Below, piece by piece: positions 34,820 to 48,900 of a stretch of 64,000 nucleotides of DNA; position 1 is the stretch's first letter, and each line of letters begins with the position of its first letter. The notes under the pieces are model-generated. The model did not search any database, was not told where the DNA came from, and saw nothing but the letters and a program-made list of their open reading frames with translations. The stretch comes from Squalus acanthias (Eukaryota): contig CM059431.1 in the NCBI GenBank assembly GCA_030390025.1, forward strand, positions 97,218,001-97,282,000. Direction: 5' to 3'. A program made the translations under genes and the position numbers.

Positions 34820-37800
34820 TTTCTGCCCTGAAATGGGTATGATTCAGAATGGCTTTCCAAAATCTCTTCTTACAGGAAGGAGCTCATTTATGCCCAAGAC
34901 ACCAAAGGATAACAATCATGTTACAAATTGATATATTGGTTTAATTACTGGATTGTTTCTAATCAATTAACTAGGGTATTTTATCTAAGCACTTGAAATT
35001 AGTTTGTCAGTAGAATGGTACGGCACGAAAAGAACCTTTTGTGGTCGGAAACTGAGAGCTACAGTATCAATAAATTGACTCTTTCCATCCAGATCGGGCA
35101 CTATAATCTGCCCCGTTCAAATTTATTTAGACCTTGTAGGAATTTCATGTGTCAATGTGCCATTATTAGACAACTTTAATTAGGCGTGTGTGCCTGCTGC
35201 TGCTAACAAGTATTTAATTAACTTCAGCCCAGGGTAATTAGCTTTAGATGGCTGATGATTTCATGTCTCACCTTCTGTAGACACTAGCCAGGGTTTTGCA
35301 GCTTGTCCTGCTGACAGGGTAATGGATAGGATCTCTCGGAAACATAATGTCAAGGCTGACTAGTCTAATCAAAGGAAGACGATAAAAGAGAAAATAATGA
35401 CTGTCGGGTCTTGGTCCGAAAGTGCAACAGAAAGACCACAGATCAGATGGATGAGCACAATAGACTGCTAAAAAGAAAGAAGGAGGGAGGGGGGCAGATG
35501 TGATTTAGCTTGTAGTAAAAAGTAATAGATGAAGACAGGGAAGGTTAGGTGCTAACCGGGGCTAAGGAGGGGATTACAGGACTTGTAAAGAAGTGCTAAA
35601 GAGAGAGGAGAGTGAGAAAGCCGACAGAGAGAGTGTTTGGAAGAGCCAGTTACAGCGTGTCGACTCCTCGGGATTTGAAGCAAACCAGTGGGGAAATGTT
35701 ACACACTGTGGGGCCAGTGTCCAGCAATAGGCCACAAGCCAGCAAAATCATAAAATCATTCATCTGTTGGTCAAAGAGAGATTACAGCTACCCCGAAACA
35801 AACAGATCTGCGTTTCCCAACACGCCAGCGGAGCTAACAAAACCAAAGAGCGAGTCAGAAATGTTGAATCCTTTAAAATGGTCAAACTATCCAATTTGCT
35901 TTCAAAATTAAACATGGAAATAAATTGGATTGTAAACCACCAGATAGTTTTAAAAAAAATCTGCAAGTCAGGTTGGGCTGGATGCCCTGCATCAAAAAAA
36001 CTGTCAGAAATCTGCTTTCTTTAATTCTTGACAATTCCCCATCTGATCTCTGTGCTGAGATGGTTGGGCCTTTTGTGTGTCTGTAAGGGACTGCAAACAT
36101 TAAATAAATTCCAGGGTAATGATAACATACGGTAGTGCGGGAGCCGCTAGAGCAGAGCCACAGCAGACCCTGGGCGCGGGCAGCCAAACACATTAACCGT
36201 CTCCTCCCTTCCCAGTACTGCTCAGGGAGCCTTACACCGTTTGTTGTATTTTAGCGAACTTTAATCACACAAGTTTAAAGAAGACGTGTCTGTTTAGGAA
36301 CTTTATGTGTTAAAAAAACAAAATAAAGATTAGTTACTGATTGAAAACCCTGCTACAATAATCTGCACTGTTCACAATAATCCATAGGAATATTTCTATC
36401 AAGATTTAAATTATGTTTAAACTTAAATGTCATTTGTTTTTTTTCCACAGTTGAAATAGTCCATTCTGGCGCCTAGTGCTTTACACATCTAACAGTCAAG
36501 GGAGATAATTTAACGTAATTAATTGGCAAAATCTATTTCTGCCTGGGTCTGCAGCAGAATAGTATATTCCTGCTATTTCCAAAGTTTTAAAATCTCTAAC
36601 TTCCTGACCCCGTTCCGTGTAATAATGCACTCGCCAGTCGCAGAAACTGCTCCGTTTATAATTCCAGATTCACAGGCTGAGTTTTCTGTGCCAAGTCTTT
36701 ATTTTTGTATTTTCATATTAACTGTTGTTTTCAGTTTAATTTATGTTGAACATTATTAAGAGTTGTTGTATTATAAGCAACAATAGTGAGCTTTGCAGTC
36801 CTACCGAGGACACAGTTCAGGATATGCACCCCTGTAAAATAATTATCTATTTTAATTACACAATTTTTGTTTAGCAAATATGGAATGCAATTACCAAGGA
36901 TACACTGTTTACCGATTAATGAGAGAGTTGGCAAAAAGACAAAATGTTTTTTCTCTTTACAGCATATTTACATAAATTAGCATTAGCAATCAGTCAGCGG
37001 ATAGTCCCACAGTGAACAATAGGCTTGACTCGCATGTTCTAAAGGATTTGAAATCAGACTGCTTCGTTTCCCTCACTATATAAAGTTCCAAAATCTGATA
37101 GGACATGCAGAAGTTTTTGGAAGGGCCCTCGCTTTTTCCCTAAACTGCAATTTGCAATTTATTTAGACCCTGCCGTGGTGATTGCTACTTATGACAGCAA
37201 TTGCGTTGTCAAGTTCTCTTGGTGAGTAAGTGCCTTGATATGTCATGCCAAGGCTTGTCAGTCGCTATCCAGTTTTTGCATGTGAACAGGTCAGCTCCGC
37301 ATGGTTCGGCATATCATTTTCAACTGACAAATCCATTAGGGTTATTCATTTTGCTGATGACGTCTTCACTAGTGGAGAGAGAGAAATAAAAGAGAGCTCC
37401 ACCTAATCAGATACCAGATGCAATTTGCTATCATGCTCTAAATAGAATTCACTTCCCTTTTCTAGAATAATTTAACCATAGTTACAGGGGATTTTTTTCC
37501 AAGGGAACTGGGCAAGTGAATTAAATGCTAGTTTTTCATATCTATCTGAAGGAAATGCTTCTTTTTACCAGCCTTGTTATAGAGGTTATAAACCCCAACC
37601 TCCTTCCTGACAAGTTTTAGTGACTACCCTCAAAGCACAGTACTTAGGAGTCTAGATATCAAGCTGATATGCTATAAAGACGGTTCTCATTTTAAAGAAC
37701 TCGAACTTACCACTTCAGTTCCTCCAAATCCCATCTAATTCCAAACATCCAACCCAAAATCCCAGGTCTTAAACCGAGGCCCGTGGACGAGGACATGCAG

Positions 37801-39770
37801 GGGGTGAATTTCAGACTCTCGCCGGAGCTGGTAGAAGTGGACGCGCCACCTCGACAGATAGGGACTAATGCTCCGTCTTTCCCTTTCACTCGGGCCGGTT
37901 CCAGTTTATACAATAAGCCACTGAACCCATTGTTAATGTTCAACCTTTCCCCATAGCCGAAGTGTAAATGAGGTGGGAACTACAAAAGTATGGACAGGGA
38001 TTAGCAGGCAACACAAAGACACTTCCAAAAGAGTGGGCCGACGAGCTCACAATCTGGTTTGGTTTCCTTGCAGCCTGATTGAGATTTATGGAGCGACAGA
38101 GCAATATTACGGCTAACAGTGATACGAACACTATCGACATCATCCTGAAGGAATAACCAAATATAAAAATGTTTAGCTTTTGTGTGTAAATAGTCAGTAT
38201 TAATATTAATGTGACTCCGAACCCTGCTGCACGCTCCCAAAAATACACTACGGTCAGAGGTTGCATTGTGAGTTAATGCGTTTCATTTATCAACTGTCTC
38301 CGGAGCACCTGTAACTAAAATTAACAGACTAACTAGCCCTTCAAACTCCACCGGGAATCTATCCCGTTCCTTCACAGAGCAGTTAGTTTTTGTTAAAAAT
38401 CCATAACTCGGCCTGTTTTGACAAAACAGGGGACCGAAGAACAACAAGGTGGAAGGGAGCACACTCAGTGTCTGCCTTTCTTGTACATTTCTGCAAAGCA
38501 GAGGCCCAGTAATCCAGTTCATATCTTTAATCTCACCAGTTAAACCAGCGGCTGAGGCAGGAGCTGTTTCCATTAATTTCTTTTGTCAATGGGAAATGAC
38601 TGATAGATATCTATGAAATTTTGCAAATAAAAGAATCGGCCTGTATAAAGGAAAAGAGTCGAATTTCTTTTCATAAAATACTTAATTACTGTGTTAGTAG
38701 TTAGTCACCTTAAAAAAAGAGAAGCAATTTGATCAGTTTGGGGGTATTTAGCAAGGTAAAGCTCTCTCTCTGCCGGTTCCACTGACCCTGCTGACATGTA
38801 AAACAATCCATGACAGTCCCGGACTGGCCGCCCTGTCACTGAGAAAGAGCTTTGCTGTCGCGCAGGTAAGTTGCCCCGCAGCGGGAGGTTTATCCGTCAG
38901 GCCCGCAGTGAATCCTGAAGGCCCTGACAGCTGGATCTTTTGTTTCATCTATTCCACTAACTCCGGGATCCTTTTTCTCCGTTTTAATTTCAACAGGTGG
39001 CAGTCTTTGAATTGACCGAAGTACAAAGATGCATTCATCGCTGAAGTAGCACTATCAAAGTGTTGCCATACAGTTCTCTGGTCAATTCGTGGCACAACTC
39101 CCAGGGAAAGCCTAGCCAAAAATACAAAGATTTATTCACAATCATCAAAGATGTGTATCATTTAGTAACACTCATTAAATGATTAAGTGCAACTTATTTG
39201 AATTACCGGGTTCTGCGGGGCTCTCAAAGGGAGTCTGTGCATCGCTGGGAACCAGATATATAATACCCCGAGCATTTTCATGGGAAAGGTTTGTTTCTGA
39301 CAGATATTTCAGTTCCTGCCAGAATAAAGAAACTTCACCTCCTTCCTCACTTAACCCCTGAATTACTTGATTCAGTTTTTGATGTGTGTGTACAGGAGAC
39401 GGGGTGTTGTCACCGTTTGCTTTCCCCCTAGACTCCGAACCATTTATTACAGTAATAGCCAAGGCTTCCCTCCCTCCCCCCATCGAACTCTTATAGTCTG
39501 GGCTGAATGCACCTTCCACAGTGAAAGGCCGGTGAGTGGAGAGAATGTAATCACAGCCATTAGTGGAAGCTCTCCTCACAGCACAAGCTGCACTTTCCAC
39601 AGCGAGCTGATGAACAGAAACTATTTCAAATCGCAGCCTGAATTTAAAAAAACCTGCAAGTGAAAAGGCAATTAGCGAACACTTGAAGGACACGCAAGAA
39701 GCTCCATTACTAAAGAGAGTTTTCTCGTAGCTTCCAATCTAAATTACTAATCATTTTCAGCAATCTCTGA
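34820..39770. promoter_or_regulatory. Transposon-free unique region, candidate conserved regulatory island
   Basis: About 5 kb without recognisable repeats in an otherwise TE-saturated window; TAAT/TGACAG-rich blocks and CpG-retaining patches. Inference only. Confidence 0.4.
38866..38996 (+). other. Candidate 131-bp U2-type intron of a non-coding or 5'-UTR transcript
   Basis: CAG|GTAAGT donor, CTAAC branch point 38957-38961, AG-free pyrimidine tract, CAACAG|G acceptor. Confidence 0.45.
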
Positions 39771-39777
39771 ATGCAGC

Positions 39778-40215
39778 AAAACATAGAATTACATAGAATC
39801 TACAGCACAGAAACAGGCCATTCGGCCCAACTGGTCCGTGCCGGTGTTTATGCTCCACTCGAGCCTCCCACCCCTCTCCATCTCACCCCATCATCATATC
39901 CTTCTATTCCTTTCTCCCTCATGTGTTTATCTAGCTTCCCCTTAAATGCATCTATACTAATCGCCTCAACCACTCCCTGTGGCAGCGAGTTCCACATTCT
40001 CACCACTCTCTGGGGAAAGAAGTTTCTCCTGAATTCCCTATTGGATTGATTAGTGACTATCTTGTATTTATGGCCCCGAGTTCTGGTCTCCCCCACAAGT
40101 GGAAACATCTTATCTACATCTACCTATCAAACCCCTTCATAATTGTAAAGACCTCTATCAGGTCACCTCTCAGCCTTCTCTTGTCTAAAGAGCCCCAGCC
40201 TGTTCAGTCTTTCAG
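39778..40215 (-). mobile_element. CR1 3' fragment
   Basis: MFPLVGETRTRGH..RRNFFPQRVV..WNSLP; tail (CATAGAAT)n on the plus strand. Confidence 0.9.
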
Positions 40216-42170
40216 CATACGCTTTGAATATCAATAAAAAAAGCTAATAATGCGTACGTTCCTTATTCCCTTGACTGACGGGACGGAGCCCAGCATATGG
40301 AAGATTGCCACCTTCCGAGATAACTCCCGTCAACTTTGAATCCGGCTACTGTATTTCAATTAATGAGTGTCATAGCTCTTCAGCCTGAGACTATGTGAGT
40401 ACAGAGTAAAGGCTCCGGCAACAAACCCAAGCCCCTGGTTAAATACTAACAGAAGCCGCCTAAAACAATGGGACTACTGTACTGTGAACAGTCAAGCAGT
40501 TTAATTACTCGCTCCTCAACAAACTGTTCCCAAGATACACGAATCCTGCTTTAAATAGAAAACGCCGAGTGCTATCAGCAGCTCGACTTCTCACCGCCAG
40601 TCTCCCCAGAAAACCACTCATTTACATCAAAACCCTTACATTCTTCGAACCATTAAAATGTAAACATGTTCCTCCCAATGATACTCATTTTCTACAAGTT
40701 TAACCCTGTGTAACTCGCAAGGCCTTTGTTGCTTAAAAACCACAGGATTTCAAGGTTATCTTCAAACTATATAGAAATATAAACCAGCTGTCAGCAACCA
40801 GCCTCCAGCACAATGCTTTACCCCATTCATGACATAATCTGGGAGGAAGTCCCAAGTTGTGAAATTTGAGAGCCTGTCTCTCAAAGTTAGAGAGCAGACA
40901 CACCTTCACTGAGTGTAAATCAGCTGTGTAGTTTCAGGAGTATCTGGTTTCTACCTTGCCTCACAAGATACTTCTCCACATTAGTTACTATCTCATTTGG
41001 TTTTCCCCCAATTCCCATGATATTGAATAAATGAAATGAGTCTAATCTGAGCAGTGGGAGGGCAGTACAGGCTATGATATGATGTCTATATTCGACTGAT
41101 TACAGCAAGTCCAGCCTAATGGAGTCTGATGGTGTAAAGCCGACAGTACATGACCCAATGAGAATGTGTAAAATTGATAGGTAACCTTTACTAATCTTCA
41201 CACGCTGTCAATCTGTGTACAGGGCGGAGAAGTAAGAGCGGCCCTAGCAGGTGGGAGTAATTGTAGGGATCACTCATCCCGCAGTTACACTGATCAACTG
41301 CCTGTCACATTCATTATCTGGTTAAACGGTGTGAACAGTTAATGACACGGCCCAGGATCCTGGTATCTTTTAACGGCTACCAGTTATTATGACAAGAGAT
41401 GGCTTTCATGCAGTTTAATTTCGCCACTAAATGTAAGAAGCCGTTTAATTTGAATAATGTAACTGAAATGTATTATTGCTCTCTGGAGGATAGATTAGTT
41501 CTGGCTTTATGTCTCATCCACCTCGTGCCTTCATTTCAATTAATAAGAAAACCCCAACAGCACCTTCACCTGTCCCAGCATTGGCCGGGAATCTTGGTTA
41601 TGGGATATAATCATAGGAGTGTCCGACTGTGGGTTATCATAGAATCTTACAGCACAGAAAGAGGCCATTTGGCCTGTCATGCCTGTGCCGGCTCTTTGAA
41701 AGAGCTATCCAAATTAGTCCCACACCCCAGTCTCCGCCCCCCCCCCCCATAACCCTGTAAATCTGTACTCTTCAAGTACATGCCCAATTGCCTTTTGAAA
41801 GTTCCTTTGGAATGTGATTCCAGCACACTTTCAGGCAGTGCGTTCCAGATCACAACAACCCTCTGTGTGAAGACATTTCTCCTCGTTTCCCTTCTAGTTC
41901 TTTAGCCAATTGTCTTAAATCTATGACCTCTGGTTACCAACCCACTTGCCAGAGGAAACGGTTTCTTCCTACTTGCTCTATCAAAACCTCTCATAATTTT
42001 GATTACCTCTATTAGGTCTCCCCTTAACCTTCTCTGCTCTAAGGAGAGCAATCCCAGCTTTTCCAATCTCTCCACATAACTGAACTCCCTCATACCTGGT
42101 AAACCTCCTCTGCACCGTCTTTAGCATCTTGACATCCTTCCTAAATTGTGGTGCCCAGATTGTACACAAT

Positions 42171-42933
42171 GAGCCAAAAATTCGGCCCTTCCCGCGTGAG
42201 TACACAGTGTGTACTCACCCGTATTGCTTTCCGAAGTGCCGGTTTCCTGCATGCACTGCGCATGCGCGGGAAACCGGAACTTCCGGTATGGTGAAGGGGG
42301 CGGTTCCTAGGTGAACCGCGTGCATGCTAGAGGCTGCGCGCACGTGGCACACTTAGATTTTTTTTCAGGTTTCTAAGCGAGGGTAAGTATTGAAGATACT
42401 ACGCTAATAAAAAGGAGGCGTAAGACCCCTTTTGAACAAGGTAAGTGGTTAATTAAGTATAATTTTAAATTTTTTTCAACAGGTTTATCTTTTTTAGATA
42501 CTTTAAAGAAAGGTAAGTTTATTTTTATAACTTTTAAAAAGTATTTTAATTTTTTCAAAAATTTAAATTTTTGTTTAAAGTGGTTAATTTATTTAACTAT
42601 AGTTATTTTATAAATGTGATGTTTTTTAAAAAAATTTATTTTAAGTTTAGCTGTTCTTTTGGGGCCGATTTCAATTCACAGATTTGACAGGTCTCCTGTC
42701 AAATCTATGAATGAAAGATGGTCTGCTGCCATTGGCTCTCCATGGCCCACGTGATCCCAGGGGTCGCATCGCACTAACTGCGCCCCTGGAACACGCAAGC
42801 ACTGCGCGCCGGCTCTTGGGAGAGGCCCAGGACCTGAAGTTCCCGTGGGCCCAAAACACAACGGCAGGCGCGGTGGGTAAGAGCGCGCGCGATCTTACCC
42901 CCGCGGCAAGCCAGCCACGTGAATTTCTGGGCC
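42171..42933. mobile_element. PIF/Harbinger-type MITE (family M1, copy 2, opposite orientation)
   Basis: TIRs GAGCCAAAAATTC...GAATTTCTGGGCC; TSD AAT (42168-42170, 42934-42936); removal restores CR1 CACAATATTCCAGC. Confidence 0.85.
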
Positions 42934-45065
42934 AATATTCCAGCTGAGGCCAAACCAGAGACTTATAAAAGTTTAGCATGACTTCCTTGTTTTTGTATTC
43001 AATGCTCCTATTTACAAAGCCAAGTATCCCATACGCTTTCTTACCCATCTTATCAACTTGCCCGGCCACCTTCAAAGATTTGTGAATATGCACCCCCAGG
43101 TCCCTCTGCTCTTGCACCTCCCCTCAAAATAGTACCATCTAGATTATCCTGCCTCTCCATGTTGTTCCTCCCAAAGTGCATCACTTCACACTTATCTGCA
43201 TTAAATTGCATCTGCCATGTGTCTGCTCATTTCACCAGTCGGTCTATGCCCACCTGAAGTCTGTTACTATCATGCACACTATTTACTACATTGCCAAGTT
43301 TTGTATCATCCACAAACTTCGAATTGTACTTGTATACCCAAGTCTAGGTTATTTATATATAACAAGAAAATCAATGGTCCCAATACCGACCCCTGGGGGA
43401 CCCCACTGCATACTTCTCTTCAGTCAGAAACCATCCGTTCACCACTACTCTCTGCCTCCTATTCATTAGTCAATTATGTACCCAAGTTACCACCGCCCCT
43501 TTAATACCATGTGCTTCTATTTTCCGAATAAGTCTGTTATGAGGTACTTTATCAAATGCCTTTTGAAAGTCCATATATACAACATCTACTGCACTACCTT
43601 CATCAACCCTTTCTGTTGCTCCATCAAAGAACTCAATCAGGTTAACAAATCCACGCTGGCTGTCCCTTATTAACCCATGATTCTACAAGTGAGAATTAAT
43701 TTTGTCCTTGACAGTGATCTCAAGTAGTTTTCTCACCACTGATGTTAGACTGATTGGCCTATAGTTACCAGGTTTATCCCTCTCCCCTTTTTTGAACAGG
43801 GGTGTAATGTTTGCAATTCTCCAGTCCTCTGGAACCACTCCCATATCCAAGGAGGATTGAAAGATTGTGATCAGAGCTTCTGCTATCTCCACCTTAACTT
43901 CCCTCAGCAACCTAGGATGCATCCTGTCTGGACTGGCTGACTTGTTAACTTTGAGTGATGCCAACCTATTTAGCACCTCCTTTCTATCTATTTTTATCCT
44001 ATCCAATATCTCTACTTCCCCCTCCTCTCCTCTAACATTCACTTCCTCCTCTTCTTTTGAGAAGACAGATACAAAGTATTCATTCAGTACCTCTGCCTCC
44101 ATAAGAAGATTTCCTTTTTTGTCCCTAATTGGCCCCACCATTCCTTTAACTTTCCTTTTACTTTTTGTATGTTTATAAAATATTTTTAGTTTCCCTTTTA
44201 TGTTACCCATTAATCTTTGCTCATACTCTCTCTTTGCCCTTGTATCCTTTCTCAATTTCCCCCTGCACTCTCTGTATTCTGCCTGGTTTTTGACTGTATT
44301 CTGTACCTGACATTTGTCATAAACCTTCTTTTTCTGCTTTACTCTATTTCCTTTGTCATCCAGGGAGCTCTAGCTTTGGATGCCCCATCTTTCCTCCTTC
44401 GGGTTTGTACCCGAACTATTTCCCTCTTGAAGGCCTGCCATTGCTCATTTACTGTTTTCCTGGACGATCTTTGTTTCCAGTCCATCTATGCATGATTCCT
44501 TCTCAAATCACTGAAACTGGTTCTCTTCCAGTTGGGTATTTTCACCTTTGATTTTACTTTTTCCCTTTCCACAACTGCTTTAAACCCAATTATATTATGA
44601 TCACTATTACCCAGATGCTCTCCCACTGAAACACACTCCACTTGCCCCACTTCATTCCCCAGCACTGCTTCCTTCCTCGTTGAGCTAAAAACACACAGAT
44701 CAAGAAAGTTCTCTCATACACATTTCAGGAATTCCTCTGTCTCCTTACCCTTTACTTTGTTTTTCCCCCAGTCTATATTGGGGTAATTGAAATCCCCTAC
44801 TATTACTGCTCTATTATTTTTACATTTCTCTGCAATTTGCCCACAGATTTGCTCCTCTATCTCCTTCTCACTATTTGGGGGTCTATAGTAAACACCCAGC
44901 AGTGTAACAGCTCATTTTCTGTTCCTTAATTCTAAACAAATAGATTCAGTCCTTTGAATCCTCTATCATCCCGCTATAGAACTGTAATGTCTTGATCAAT
45001 ACTGCTACCTCCCCTTTCTTGTTCTCTTCCCTATCCCTCCTGAATACAATGTAGCCAGGAATGTT

Positions 45066-45929
45066 TAGAATCATAGAATCATAGAAATTTACAGCACAGA
45101 AGGAGGCCATTTGGCCCATCGTGTCTGAGCCAGCCTAAAAAGAGCTATCCAGCCTAATCCCACTTTCCAGCTCTTGGTCCGTAGCCCTGTACGTTATGAC
45201 ACTTCAAGTGCATATCCAAGTACTTTTTAAATGTGCTGAGGGTTTCTGCCTCGACCGTTCTTTCAGGCAGTGAGTTACAGACCCCCACCACCCTCTGGGT
45301 GAAAAAAATTCTCCTCAACTCCCCTCTAATCCTTCGACCAATTACTTTAAATTTATGCCCCCTGCTTGACCTCTCTGCTAAGGGAAATAGGTCCTTCCTA
45401 TCCACTCTATCGAGGCCCCTCATAATTTAATACACCTCAATTAAATCTCCTTTCAGCCTCCTCTGTTCCAAAGAAACAATTACTGCACTATTATTTTTTA
45501 AATCTCCTTTCAGCATCCTCTGTTCCAGCCTAATTAATCTCTCCTCATAGCTAAAATACTCCTGTCCTGGCAACATCCTCGTAAATCTCCTCTGTACCCT
45601 CTCGAGTACGATCACATCCTTCCTGTAATGTGATGACCAGAACTTTACACAGTACTCCAGCTGTGGCCTATCTAGTGTTTTATACAGTTCAAGCATAACC
45701 TCCCTGCTCTTATATTCTATGCCTCGGCTAATAAAGGAAAGTATCCCGTATGCCTTTTTAACCACCTTATCTAACTGTCCTGCTACCTTCAGGGATCTGT
45801 GAACATGCACTCCAAGGTCCCTCTGATCTTCTACGTTTCTCAGTATCCCATCATTTATAGTGTATTCCCTTGCCATGTTTGCCCTCCCCAAATGCATTAA
45901 CTCACACTTCTTCAGATTGAATTCCATTT
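45066..45929 (-). mobile_element. 5'-truncated CR1 (family B) RT C-terminus and tail
   Basis: MEFN..KC..MHLG, RPQLEYCV; tail (ATTCTATG)n; local duplication of LEQR.LKGDL. Confidence 0.9.
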
Positions 45930-48900
45930 CGTGGGCTTTTTTTTGCAGAGGCCGGTGTCGGGAGCAGAGAGAGCGATGGTACAGTGAGTATTTAAACTCA
46001 CATGCTAGTCAGAGTAGAAATAGAAGGATATTTAAAAAATGAATACGTGGCTAGAGGAATGGTGCAAGGGGGAGGGATTCAAATTCCTGGGACATTGGAA
46101 CCAGTTCTGGGGGAGGTGGGACCAGTACAAACTGGACAGTTTGCACCTGGGCAGGACCAGGACTGATGTCCTAGGGGGAGTGTTTGCTAGTGCTGTTGGG
46201 GAGGGTTTAAACTAAAATGGCAGGGGGTTGGGAACCTGTGCAGTGAAACAGAGGAAAGGGAAGCAAGGATCGAAGCAAAAGACAGGAAGGAGAAAAGCAA
46301 AAGTGGAAGGCAGAGAAATCAAGGGTGTAAATCAAACAGGGCTACAATAAATAATAATTCTAAAAGGACTAAGAGTGTTAAAAAAACAAGCCTGAAGGCT
46401 TTGTGTCTTAATGCAAGGAGCATTCATAATAAGGTGGATGAATTAGCTGTGCAAATAAATGTAAACGGATATGATATAATTGGGATTATGGAGACATGGC
46501 TCCAGGGTGACCAAGGCTGGGAATTCAACATCCAGGGGTATTCAATATTCAGGAAGGACAGACAAAAAGGAAAAGGAGGTGTGGTAGCATTGCTGGTTAA
46601 AGAGATTAACACAATAGTAAGGAAGGATATTAGCTCTGATGATGTGGAATCTGTATGGGTAGAGCTGAGAAATACCAAGGGGCAGAAAACGTTAGTGGGA
46701 GTTGTAAACAGACCCCCAAACAGTAATGCTGAGGTTGGGGATGGCATTAAATGGGAAATTAGAAATGCGTGCAATAAGGGCACTTCAGTTATCATGGGTG
46801 ATTTTAATCTACATATAGTTTGGGCTAACCAAATTAGTAACAATACTGTGGAGGAGGAATTCCTAGAGTGTATACGAGATGGTTTCCTGGACCAATATGT
46901 CAAGGAACCAACTAGAGATCAGGCCATCTTAGACTGGGTATTATGTAATGAGAAAGGATTAATTAGCAATCTTGTTGTGTGAGGCCCCTTGGGGAGGATT
47001 GATCAGAATATGATAGAATTCTTCATTAAGATGGAGAGTGAAGTAGTTGACTGAGAGACTAGGGTCCTGAATTTAAATAAAGGAAACTACGATGGTATGA
47101 GGCGCGAGTTGGCTAGGATGGATTGGGGAGCGTTACTTAAAGGGTTGACGGTGGATAGGCAATGGCAAACATTTAAAGATCGCATGGATGAACTACATAA
47201 TTTGTTCATCCCTGTTTGGCATAAAAATAAAACAAAAAAGGTGACTCAACAATGGTTAACAAGGGAAATTAGGGATAGCACAAGATCCAAGGAGATGACA
47301 TATAAATTGGCCAGAAAAAGCAGCAAACTAGAGGAGCAGTTTAGGATTCACCAAAGGAGGACAAAGGGATCAATTAAGAGGGGGAAAATAGAAGATGAGA
47401 GTAAGCTTGCAGGGAACATAAAAACTGACTGTATAAGCTTCTATAGATATGTGAAGAGAAAAAGATGGGTGAAGTCAAGCGTAGGTCCCTTGCAGTCAGA
47501 ATCAGGGGAATTTATAATGGGGAACAAAGAAATAGCAGACCAATTAAATACATACTTTGGTTCTGCCTTCACAAAGGAGGACACAAATAAACTCCCAGAG
47601 ATGTCAGGGAACACAGGGTCTAATGAGAGGGAGGAATTGAATGAAATCAGTATTTGTAGGGAAATGGTGTTAGGGAAATTGACGGGATTGAAGGCCGATA
47701 AATCCCCAGGGCCTGATAATCTACATCCTAGGGTACTTAAGGAAGTAGCCCTAGAAATAGTAGATGCATTGCTGGTCATCTTTCAAAATTCTATAGACTC
47801 TGGAACAGTTCCCATGGATTGGAGGGTAGCTAATGTAACCCCACTATTTAAAAAAGGTGGTGGAGAAAAAACGGGGAATTATAGACTGGTAAGCCTAACA
47901 TCAGTAGTGGGCAAATTGCTAGAGTCCATTATAAAAGATGTAAAAGCAGAGCACTTGGAAAACAGTGACAGGATCGGGATTGGGAAAAGGGGAAGTGCAA
48001 TGAGATCTGGGAGTCCTTGTGCACCAGTCGCTGAAGGTAAGCATGTAAGGTTTCCAAAATTTGCAGATCCCCAAAACCTAAGGAAAAAGGACTTTGGAAC
48101 TACCTCAGAGTAATAAAAATGCATTTGGGCCTAACATAAGAAATTTAAGAGCAAAAACCAAGTTTTGACATTTTAAAAACATGTCTGGGCCTGTAAAGGG
48201 AGAAAAGGCTGCGAAGGAAGTTGGGTGACCTCTGCAAAAGCAATTTGGGGTATTGTAGTTAATTGCAATGTCTGGGGGACCGGGATGACCTCACTCAAAG
48301 CCCCAGCATGCATTAACATTTTGACAATAGACCCTGGGAGAAGATAGTCCCACCCAAAACAACAGGTCCCATCAAACCGATTACAGAACCCATTAAAGAC
48401 ATGCATAAAGCAAATATTCGATCGAAGTCCTAGGCCCAGTCAAGAAACCCAAACATGAGGACAATTCAAACTCCAATTAAACAACAGATCGACAGGATGG
48501 AGCTATCCTGAAACCACGTCACACATTTACAAAACCAGTTAACACGCAAGTAAAGTCGTTACTGTTAACGAGGTCTTACAATGATTTGATTTGGTTTTGA
48601 TAAGGCCACTTCAATTTAGTATAAGGCCCATCAAGCAGTTCAACAAAAAAAGCATTAACATCATTTCAAGTTCAACAGAAGGCAGTTCTGCAGTTTTGGA
48701 GTTCAATTTGAAAACCTGTTTTTCAGCAGATGTCAGTGCTGGAATTACAGAGTTCAGGAGAAGCAAGTTGGGCAGTTAAAGAAGACAGTTCAGTAAGAAG
48801 GGAGTTCTCCAGTTCTCCAGTAAAACAGTTCAAGTTCAACAAGCAGGCAGAAGGCAGTTTCCACAGTTCTGCAAGAAGGCAGTTCCACAGCTCGGAAGAA

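Noticed and set aside
35612..39693. Short ORFs in the unique island as coding exons
   Set aside because: No recognisable domain, many non-ATG starts and no consistent exon chain.
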